Shown: in pieces, positions 39,380-46,890 of the stretch
Layout of the letters: every line of letters begins with the position of its first letter
Position numbering within the stretch: position 1 is the first letter of the stretch
Assembly (NCBI GenBank): GCA_965277775.1
Contig: OZ255843.1
Coordinates: 1,112,131-1,176,130, forward strand
Direction: 5' to 3'
Length of the DNA stretch: 64,000 bases
From: Gammaproteobacteria bacterium
GTDB lineage: Bacteria; Pseudomonadota; Gammaproteobacteria; CAKMZV01
Notes under the pieces: model-generated
What the model saw: the letters and a program-made list of their open reading frames with translations, nothing else
What the model was told of the DNA's origin: nothing
Database searches by the model: none
Program-made: the position numbers and the translations under genes

Positions 39380-40122
39380 AGTAAAAAGTTAATTGAATTT
39401 ATTCTTTTTTGACCTAAGTCGTAATAAGATTTATCAATCTCAACACCATAATAAATCCGACCAAGTTTTTTTGCGATTACTCCTGTAGTTCCGCTTCCTG
39501 AAAATGGGTCAAAAATCACATCATTTAGATATGAAAATAGTTTCATGCAACGATACGGTAATTCTTCAGGGTAAGGGGCAGGATGACCTATCCTTTTGGC
39601 ACTTTCGCCATTGAATGTCCAAACTCCATTTGTCCAAGCCATGAATTCTTCTTTACTTACATCACTTTCGCCTTTATACGATTTTTTCCATGTGCCTTTA
39701 TATAGGATTACTATTAACTCAACAGGAGCAATAACATACGGTGCGGATGCTGATAGCCAACTTCCCCAAGCCGTTCTCCTGCTTATGTTTTGCTCGTTCC
39801 AAATAACAGTACTATGATACTTCCAACCAATAGATTTTGCTATCTTAGTAATATCCGCTCCAACACTTTGCTGCCCTCCTTTATTCTTATCTAAAGGAAT
39901 ATTCAAACATAAACGACCACTATCATTAGTCCATTTATAAGTATTTCTTAACCATTTTTTTGTAAATTTTAGATAGTCTTCATAATCCAATCCATCATCA
40001 TTTGAATTATATGGCATGTCAACATTGTAGGGTGGTGAGGTTATAGTAAGGTCTATAAATGGCTCTTTGAATAACCTATGGTTAGTAGCATCGCCGTGTA
40101 CTAAATTTATATTTTTCTGCAT
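39376..40122 (-). CDS. Beta-class amino DNA methyltransferase (SPPY motif, so N4-cytosine more likely than N6-adenine)
   Basis: Motif IV DLTITSPPYNV lies near the N-terminus and motif I IFDPFSGSGTTG near the C-terminus (the beta permutation). 248 aa. Confidence 0.85.
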   Translation of the reverse strand: MQKNINLVHGDATNHRLFKEPFIDLTITSPPYNVDMPYNSNDDGLDYEDYLKFTKKWLRNTYKWTNDSGRLCLNIPLDKNKGGQQSVGADITKIAKSIGWKYHSTVIWNEQNISRRTAWGSWLSASAPYVIAPVELIVILYKGTWKKSYKGESDVSKEEFMAWTNGVWTFNGESAKRIGHPAPYPEELPYRCMKLFSYLNDVIFDPFSGSGTTGVIAKKLGRIYYGVEIDKSYYDLGQKRINSINFLL

Positions 40123-40396
40123 TATTCTATATTTCTTTGATTAATGGAATGCCCATAGCTTGGGTTTTAAACGTCCCCAAAATCCGCCCATACTTGCATC
40201 ATTTCGATGCGTTTTTGGTAGGAAAGGCTTTTATCGATAGCGTTTTGGGGGCAATAGCTTTTTACATTCTCAAGTTGCCCCCATCGAGACCTAATATCTT
40301 ATTGTATATTATTGAACAGTGAAAGAAAATGAATATAGCTCTATGCCTATTTACAAGCGTTTTCTATATCGTATTGGATGCGAATGGACAAGCCTA

Positions 40397-40472
<76 letters not shown>

Positions 40473-40484
40473 CAATTCGTTAAA

Positions 40485-40559
<75 letters not shown>

Positions 40560-40660
40560 ATAAACATATCTACACCCGCAATCCTTAGGCAGATACTTGT
40601 TTAGTGGTATCTAAACCATCGAATGTTTGATGACTGTGCAATAATTTTTAATGCGCAAAA

Positions 40661-40745
40661 TGGTGGTGGGAGAAGGATTCGAACCTTCGAAGGCAGTGCC
40701 AGCAGATTTACAGTCTGCCCCCTTTGACCGCTCGGGAATCCCACC
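40661..40745 (-). tRNA. tyrU: tRNA-Tyr (anticodon GTA), long variable arm, CCA encoded
   Basis: Reverse complement GGTGGGATTCCCGAGCGGTCAAAGGGGGCAGACTGTAAATCTGC...GGTTCGAATCCTTCTCCCACCACCA. Confidence 0.95.
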
Positions 40746-40786
40746 ATCAATCACCATCTCTCACAAATAACGGAACTACGGGACAA

Positions 40787-40830
40787 GAGGGCGCGAATTA
40801 TACTACACGAAACCACGTTTTCAGGGAAAA
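40787..40830 (-). promoter_or_regulatory. Candidate sigma70 promoter of the tRNA-Tyr/Gly/Thr operon with a GC-rich (stringent-type) discriminator
   Basis: - strand: CTGAAA - 16 nt - TATAAT (40802..40797) followed by TCGCGCCCTC, about 50 nt upstream of the tRNA-Tyr 5' end. Confidence 0.5.
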
Positions 40831-40839
40831 TACGCACTC

Positions 40840-42135
40840 ATGATTAAACCCGAATTGCTCTCCCCTGCAGGAACGCTCAAAAATATGCGCTTTGCCTTGG
40901 CTTATGGCGCTGATGCCGTGTATGCAGGTCCGCCTCGCTATTCGCTCAGAGCGCGAAATAATGAATTCTCACCAGAAAACATCCAAATTGGTGTGGAAGA
41001 GGTCCACGCCCAAGGCAAAAAATTTTATTGCACTGTGAACTTACTGCCGCACAACGCCAAGTTAAAAACTTTTGAGCGGGACATGCAAGAAATCATTGCT
41101 TTGAAACCCGACGCCTTAATCATGGCTGACCCAGGGTTGATTATGATGGTGCGGGAAAAATGGCCCGATATGCCCATCCATCTTTCGGTCCAAGCCAATG
41201 CGGTCAATTGGGCCAGCGTTCAATTTTGGCACGAACGCGCTGGCATTGAACGGGTCATACTGTCGCGTGAGTTGTCTTTGGACGAAATCAAAGACATTCA
41301 AAAGAACTGCCCTAGCGTTGAATTAGAGGTTTTTGTCCACGGCGCACTGTGTATTGCTTATAGTGGGCGGTGCTTGCTTTCAGGCTATTTCAATCATCGC
41401 GACCCCAATCAAGGCACTTGTACCAATGCTTGTCGCTGGAACTATACCGTCCACGATGCCAAGGTTGATGAACAACAAGATATTATTCCCAAGCACACTG
41501 AGCTAAGCGCGCCCAAGCCGACTACCATTTTGTTGGAAGAAGCACGCCGTCCAGGTGAATTGATGCCCGTTGAAGAAGATGAACACGGCACTTACATCAT
41601 GAACTCCAAAGATTTACGAGCCATAGAACACGTATCAACATTGACCAAAATGGGGCTTCATTGTTTAAAAATTGAAGGGCGAACCAAGTCGGCTTATTAC
41701 GTGGCTCGAACAGCACAAAGTTATAGGCGTGCCATTGACGATGCTTATTTGGGCAAATCGTTTGACCCCGCCTTGCTCAACGATTTAGAAAACTTAGCCA
41801 ACCGCGGTTATACAGATGGCTTTTTCCAACGTCATAAAAATGAAGACTATCAAAACTACCTTGATTCACATTCGCGTTCAAGAAAGCAGCAGTTTTGTGC
41901 AGAAATCACCGATTTTAACGATGGCGTGGCAACCGTTTTAACAAAAAACAAGTTACAAGTTGGCGACACCGTTGAGGTCATTCAGCCCTTGGGCAATTTT
42001 GAGCACACGGTTGAACATTTAGAAACTGAAAAAGGGGAATCCGTTTCTGAGGCCAAAGGTGGCGGCGTCATTTTGAAAATACCTCTGCCCATTGCTGATC
42101 CACAGTTCGGCATGATCGCCAAATATTTAGATTAG
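40840..42135 (+). CDS. trhP: U32-family protein, YegQ/TrhP-like (prephenate-dependent tRNA ho5U34 hydroxylation factor)
   Basis: The N-terminus MIKPELLSPAGTLKNMRFALAYGADAVYAGPPRYSLRARNNEF and the later GALCIAYSGRCLLSGYFNHRDPNQGTCTNACRW closely match my recollection of E. coli YegQ. Confidence 0.8.
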   Translation: MIKPELLSPAGTLKNMRFALAYGADAVYAGPPRYSLRARNNEFSPENIQIGVEEVHAQGKKFYCTVNLLPHNAKLKTFERDMQEIIALKPDALIMADPGLIMMVREKWPDMPIHLSVQANAVNWASVQFWHERAGIERVILSRELSLDEIKDIQKNCPSVELEVFVHGALCIAYSGRCLLSGYFNHRDPNQGTCTNACRWNYTVHDAKVDEQQDIIPKHTELSAPKPTTILLEEARRPGELMPVEEDEHGTYIMNSKDLRAIEHVSTLTKMGLHCLKIEGRTKSAYYVARTAQSYRRAIDDAYLGKSFDPALLNDLENLANRGYTDGFFQRHKNEDYQNYLDSHSRSRKQQFCAEITDFNDGVATVLTKNKLQVGDTVEVIQPLGNFEHTVEHLETEKGESVSEAKGGGVILKIPLPIADPQFGMIAKYLD

Positions 42136-43737
42136 ATGATGAACGCTCGTCAAATACGCGATGACCTTTTTGCTGGACTAACAGTCGCTGTGGTTGCGCT
42201 GCCATTGGCTTTGGCCTTCGGCGTGGCTTCAGGTGCTGGGGCTTTGGCTGGGTTATATGGGGCCATTTTTGCTGGTTTTTTTGCGGCTCTGACAGGCGGT
42301 ACGCCTCGCCAGGTTTCCGGCCCAACGGGACCCATGACCGTGGTGATGGCTATTGTTATTCCGCATTTTGCGCCTGATATTTCCATTGCTTTTTTGGTGG
42401 TTATCCTAGCTGGTGCCATGCAAATCTCATTGGGTAAGTTGGGCATTGGCAAATACATCAATTTGATGCCCCAGCCCGTCATTTCTGGGTTCATGAGTGG
42501 CATTGGTGTCATCATCATTTTGCTTCAATTGGGTGCATTAATTGGTTATGCAACCCCACCCGGTGGTATTGTTGATAAACTGTTTGCCTTGCCCAGCATG
42601 TTACCGCAGTCCAATTTTTCTGCATTGATCTTAGGCACCATGTCGATTTTAATTATCGTGTTCATTCCACCGACGCTTAAAAGATATATCCCGCCCGCAC
42701 TGATTGCCCTGGTCGTCGGAACCGTACTCGGCACCTTTGTATTCACTTCTGCGCCGACCATTGGCGATATTCCTTCGGCTTTTCCAACCCTGCGCATACC
42801 GACCATTGACATTGAACGCTTTGTTGATGTGATCAAATTTGCTTTTGTCCTTGCGGTATTAGGGTCGATCGACTCGCTGTTGACCTCACTGGTTGCAGAC
42901 AACATGACCCGAACCACGCACGACCCCAACAAGGAATTGGTGGGTCAGGGTATTGGTAATATGGTGGCTGGATTCTTTGGCGGACTGCCCGCAGCAGGGG
43001 CAACCATGCTCACCATGGTGAACATTCGATCGGGCAGCCACGGTCGTATGAGTGGTGTGTTACACGGGGTGTTTTTGTTGTTGATTGTTCTGTTATTCAG
43101 CGACATCGCAAGCAAAATTCCCTTGGCCGTCTTGGGTGGGATATTGGTGATGGTGGGTGTGAACATCATTGACTGGCATTCGATAAAACGTCTGTCAATC
43201 GCGCCCGTCTCAGAAGTGTTGATCATGAGTTCAACGCTGATTCTAACGGTTTTTGTTGATTTAACCATTGCTGTGATCGTCGGTTTTGTTATTTCATCGG
43301 TTTTATTAACTTACCGCATTGGCTTGGCGTTCAATCGAACGTCGGTACTTTATGATGACATCGCCACTGTGGCCGATTTAACCGAAGCAGAACGACAAAT
43401 CATCACGCAATTCAATCAGCCAGTCAGTCTTTATAAGATGGATGGCACTTTCAGCTTCAGCGCGGCGCGCCACGTCTCCAATACATTGCTCAATAACGTC
43501 CAGCAAGGCACGCTGATCATCGACATGTCTCGCGTTGTGCTGACCGATAGTTCGGCGTGTCATACATTAAAAGAAACCATCGATCGCTTAAACGAGAACA
43601 TTGATTCGGTCAAACTGTGTTGTGTGGACGTTGAAAAAGTGCTCAGATTGTTACGAAAATCCGAAGTGGTTGACATTGTTGGCGAAGACAATATTTTTGA
43701 GAGCCGTTCCGGCGCCATTCGGTCATTGCTTGATTGA
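42136..43737 (+). CDS. SulP-family anion transporter with C-terminal STAS domain
   Basis: Polytopic N-terminal 400 aa (GLTVAVVALPLALAFGVASG start typical of SulP) plus a soluble ~110-aa C-terminal STAS-like domain. Confidence 0.8.
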   Translation: MMNARQIRDDLFAGLTVAVVALPLALAFGVASGAGALAGLYGAIFAGFFAALTGGTPRQVSGPTGPMTVVMAIVIPHFAPDISIAFLVVILAGAMQISLGKLGIGKYINLMPQPVISGFMSGIGVIIILLQLGALIGYATPPGGIVDKLFALPSMLPQSNFSALILGTMSILIIVFIPPTLKRYIPPALIALVVGTVLGTFVFTSAPTIGDIPSAFPTLRIPTIDIERFVDVIKFAFVLAVLGSIDSLLTSLVADNMTRTTHDPNKELVGQGIGNMVAGFFGGLPAAGATMLTMVNIRSGSHGRMSGVLHGVFLLLIVLLFSDIASKIPLAVLGGILVMVGVNIIDWHSIKRLSIAPVSEVLIMSSTLILTVFVDLTIAVIVGFVISSVLLTYRIGLAFNRTSVLYDDIATVADLTEAERQIITQFNQPVSLYKMDGTFSFSAARHVSNTLLNNVQQGTLIIDMSRVVLTDSSACHTLKETIDRLNENIDSVKLCCVDVEKVLRLLRKSEVVDIVGEDNIFESRSGAIRSLLD

Positions 43738-43743
43738 AACCCT

Positions 43744-44304
43744 ATGCAAAACCCTAATAAAAAAACCCTTTTGGGCCTGGTTCTGATTTTCACCTTGCCG
43801 CTGCTACTCGCCGTGATTGTATTTCAATGGGTTTCGTCCACGGGCGTGCAATCGACCACCAATTATGGGACGCTCATCAGTCCCGTCAGACCCGTATCAC
43901 ACGTCCAAAATGACCAAAACCTGTTTCGAGGTAAATGGAGTTTGGTGGTCTTTGCTGAGCACTGTACTGAAGCATGCGCCAATAGATTGAAGACCGCAGA
44001 GACTTTGCGCATTTTGACCAATGACAATATGCGTCGTCTCCAGACCATTGTCGTCTCTGTCCAACCATTGGAGCGCAGCCGTTATCCCAATAACATTCAA
44101 GTGCACAATATTCAAAACATTCTCTTAGACCAGGCACAGTATCAACAAATGTTGGCACAGTTCAGCGTGATTTCTGATGAAAAAAACATTTTTTTGGTTG
44201 ACCCCTTGGCCAAAGCCATGATGTACTATCCCGCCCAAAGCAGAGACGTTAAATATATGCTGACCGACTTGAAACGTTTGCTTAAGTACTCCCGAATCGG
44301 TTAA
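43744..44304 (+). CDS. Membrane-anchored thioredoxin-fold protein (SCO/SenC-like, CxxxC), possible cytochrome oxidase assembly factor
   Basis: N-terminal TM helix and a CTEAC motif after a beta strand (WSLVVFAEHCTEAC). Located directly upstream of heme O synthase. Confidence 0.35.
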   Translation: MQNPNKKTLLGLVLIFTLPLLLAVIVFQWVSSTGVQSTTNYGTLISPVRPVSHVQNDQNLFRGKWSLVVFAEHCTEACANRLKTAETLRILTNDNMRRLQTIVVSVQPLERSRYPNNIQVHNIQNILLDQAQYQQMLAQFSVISDEKNIFLVDPLAKAMMYYPAQSRDVKYMLTDLKRLLKYSRIG

Positions 44305-44308
44305 TCCA

Positions 44309-45202
44309 ATGTCAATCTTTCATGAATACCTAAAACTGACCAAACCCAAGGTGGTGGCACTTTTGGTTTTGACGGCCGTTATTGGTATGTTCTTAGCCAC
44401 GCCCGACTTCCCGCCCTTAGACGCGCTGATTTTTGGCACTTTGGGCATTGCCCTTGCTTCGGCTTCGGCGGCAGTTTTTAATCAGGTGATTGATCGACGC
44501 ATGGACGAACAAATGACTCGCACTCAAAATCGTCCTTTGCCAGCAGGCACCTTGTCTTTACAAAAGGCCACCATCTTTGGCATCAGCCTCGGTGTTTTAG
44601 GATTAGGCTTGTTGGCTATAATGGTCAATGCTCTGACAGCTTGGCTGACTTTTTTCGCCTTGATTGGCTATGCCATCGTCTATACCATTTTTCTCAAGCG
44701 AGCCACGCCACAAAACATCGTGATTGGTGGCGCTTCTGGCGCTGCACCCCCTGTATTAGGGTGGACCGCAATTACCAACGCCGTTGACCCTGGTGCACTA
44801 TTGCTGTTTCTGATTATTTTCGTCTGGACCCCCCCACATTTTTGGGCATTGGCCATTCACCGCAAGGATGACTACGCCAAGGTCGGTATGCCCATGTTGC
44901 CCGTCACGCACGGCAATCGTTTTACTCGGTTGCAGATTCTTTTCTATACGGTGCTGTTATTTGTGGTCAGCCTTCTACCCTTCTTAACGGGCATGAGCGG
45001 CCTGATTTATCTGGTCGGCTCTGTGGTGCTCGGTGGGGGATTTTTGTATTACGCCTTACAGCTTTGGCAAAAGCCAGACAATCTTAAGTTGCCCATGAAA
45101 ACGTTTGGATTTTCGATTTGGTATTTGATGATCCTTTTCGTGGTTTTATTGGTAGATCACTACCTGTTGTTTACTTTATACGACCTTTTGGCACCATTTT
45201 AA
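44309..45202 (+). CDS. cyoE: Protoheme IX farnesyltransferase (heme O synthase)
   Basis: UbiA-family motifs: NQVIDRRMDEQMTRTQNRPLP and WTPPHFWALA. Confidence 0.9.
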   Translation: MSIFHEYLKLTKPKVVALLVLTAVIGMFLATPDFPPLDALIFGTLGIALASASAAVFNQVIDRRMDEQMTRTQNRPLPAGTLSLQKATIFGISLGVLGLGLLAIMVNALTAWLTFFALIGYAIVYTIFLKRATPQNIVIGGASGAAPPVLGWTAITNAVDPGALLLFLIIFVWTPPHFWALAIHRKDDYAKVGMPMLPVTHGNRFTRLQILFYTVLLFVVSLLPFLTGMSGLIYLVGSVVLGGGFLYYALQLWQKPDNLKLPMKTFGFSIWYLMILFVVLLVDHYLLFTLYDLLAPF

Positions 45203-45221
45203 CAAGAGAGACAGACCATAA

Positions 45222-45431
45222 ATGCAACTGATCAAAGACGTTTTATCGGTCATTCAAAGTACTTGCGCTGCCATGATCGGCGTCCAGAACAAAGAAAAAT
45301 TAAAAAAAGATTTTTCGCGTAAAAGCGCCACCCCCTTCATCATTGCAGGACTTATTTATGCTGCTCTATTTGTGCTGGGGCTCGTCGGTTTGGTCAAATT
45401 GATTTTAAAGCTATCATTGGCTGACGGATGA
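45222..45431 (+). CDS. Small membrane protein, DUF2970-like
   Basis: 69 aa with the pattern AMIGVQNKEKLKKDF followed by one TM helix. Position after cyoE is as in many gammaproteobacteria. Confidence 0.5.
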   Translation: MQLIKDVLSVIQSTCAAMIGVQNKEKLKKDFSRKSATPFIIAGLIYAALFVLGLVGLVKLILKLSLADG

Positions 45432-46321
45432 CGCTTCGCCCCTATTTACCCTTCCTTAAACCCAGGTGGTGGGGTTGGGTTTTACTGACCTTATTCATCC
45501 GCCTTATAATCATCCTACCCTTCCCTGTACTCGTTAAGATCTCAACAGGGCTGGGTTGGATACTGCGTTTGGGTGCTGGCAAGCGTAAAAAAACCATTGA
45601 TCAAAATTTGGCACTGTGTTTTCCTGAAAAATCCGATAAAGAGCGGGTGCAAATTCGTAATGAGAACTTCAACAACATGATGTTGATGATTTTCGAAGCG
45701 GCAATTGGCTGGTGGCAACCCAAGCGCGCGCAATCTCTATTGATGGAGGTGAGCGGATTGGAACACATCAAACAAGCGAATGCGCAAAACCACGGTGTGA
45801 TCATCTTGGCGTCACACTTTTTACCCATGGAAATCATTGGTTGTGCTCTGGCAAAATCCTTTCCACTCAGCACCAGCTACCGCATAGGCAACAATCCCTT
45901 TTTAGAAACCGTTTCACTCAGAGGGCGTTTGAACAGCTACCAATTTGTTGAACCTAAAAATAACATGCTTGGCATCGTTCGCAAAGTTCGTGAAGGCTTG
46001 AATCTGTTTTTTCTGCCAGATCAATTCCACAGCGGCAAATTGAGCACCAAAATAACGTTTTTCGGACATTCGGTCTATGCTTCAACCCTAACTTCTGAAT
46101 TAACGACATTGACCAAGGCCAAGGCGCTTTTCATTGTTTTTTATCGCGAGAAATCTGGCTATGTTGCCCGATTTCAACCACCCTTAGAGAATTTTCCCAG
46201 TGGCAGTGAAACAGACGACACTCAACGCTTTTATGATCTTTTAGAAGCACAAATACGACGCTATCCAGCTCAGTATTTATGGGCGCATCGACGCTTTAAA
46301 AATCTGATCGACTATGACTAA
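45428..46321 (+). CDS. lpxL: Lipid A biosynthesis lauroyl/myristoyl acyltransferase (LpxL/HtrB family)
   Basis: N-terminal anchor, ILASHFLPMEI (the family's H-box region), and C-terminal YPAQYLWAHRRFK signature. Confidence 0.8.
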   Translation: MTLRPYLPFLKPRWWGWVLLTLFIRLIIILPFPVLVKISTGLGWILRLGAGKRKKTIDQNLALCFPEKSDKERVQIRNENFNNMMLMIFEAAIGWWQPKRAQSLLMEVSGLEHIKQANAQNHGVIILASHFLPMEIIGCALAKSFPLSTSYRIGNNPFLETVSLRGRLNSYQFVEPKNNMLGIVRKVREGLNLFFLPDQFHSGKLSTKITFFGHSVYASTLTSELTTLTKAKALFIVFYREKSGYVARFQPPLENFPSGSETDDTQRFYDLLEAQIRRYPAQYLWAHRRFKNLIDYD

Positions 46322-46761
46322 ACAACCTCAAATGAGTTGATTTTGGTGTAAAAAATAAGGAAATTATATACCTGATGTCACAAGCATATAATCCCCTATT
46401 TGTGATTTGTTCTGTTATAGCTCGACGTCTTGGGAAGCAATAACATAATGTTTTACAACTCCGTCCTTATCAAAAATGATAGTGAGTCGTTGATTTTCCA
46501 TATCAGCTGACTGAAATAGCCCAACAATCGGAATAATCTTCGCAGATGCATCCACATGGACATATTGCCAGATCATCGTCAGAACTATGTTCATGAGTTC
46601 TGAAAAGACATAATCAAAGTATACCTGTTGAATTTTTAATTAAGTTCAAGAACAACCATGCATTGAGTTGAACTGAACATCATTTGAGTGTATGCCTCAT
46701 GCACAATGAGAACCCTTTGAGACGGATTTTCAACATTGTCTTATTTTATAGTATTCACATT

Positions 46762-46804
46762 TTGTACTCGAATACGTGTAATCTTGTACTTGAATATGTA
46801 TAAT
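46762..46804 (+). repeat. Tandem 21-nt direct repeat (22-bp period) about 90 nt upstream of the second adhesin gene; candidate operator/promoter element
   Basis: TTGTACTCGAATACGTGTAAT c TTGTACTTGAATATGTATAAT (18/21 identical). Further TGTACT (46854) and TATTCACAT (46752, 46826) copies lie nearby. Confidence 0.8.
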
Positions 46805-46890
46805 TGACAAGCTATTGTAAATTCCTTATTCACATGCTTACACGGTCTAGTATGTGTACTTTTATTTATGTTATAGCCAACTAGGTTTAC

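Larger units (their letters stand above)
36700..40396. mobile_element. Low-GC genomic islet abutting the 3' end of tRNA-Thr(GGT). It carries an AlpA-like regulator, an iteron-rich ORF and a methyltransferase/HNH/unknown cassette. No integrase is present and the left boundary is uncertain (36.7-37.06 kb)
   Basis: Visibly AT-richer than the flanking nrdA/trhP genes. Position immediately downstream of a tRNA 3' end. An AlpA family gene is present. The left-end ORFs are fragmentary (36879..37317). Confidence 0.55.

Noticed and set aside
40247-40282. Inverted repeat GGGGGCAA-N20-TTGCCCCC about 115 nt downstream of tRNA-Thr, considered as a tRNA operon terminator or att core
   Set aside because: It has a large 20-nt loop, no flanking T-run on either strand and no second copy in the window. 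Its function cannot be assigned.
46415-46594. 59-codon - strand ORF (MNIVLTMIWQYVHVDASAKIIPIVGLFQSADMENQRLTIIFDKDGVVKHYVIASQDVEL), vaguely BamE/SmpA-like at its C-terminus
   Set aside because: It has no signal peptide and no RBS, and it is below the ORF-track cutoff. It may be a remnant but is not supportable as a gene.
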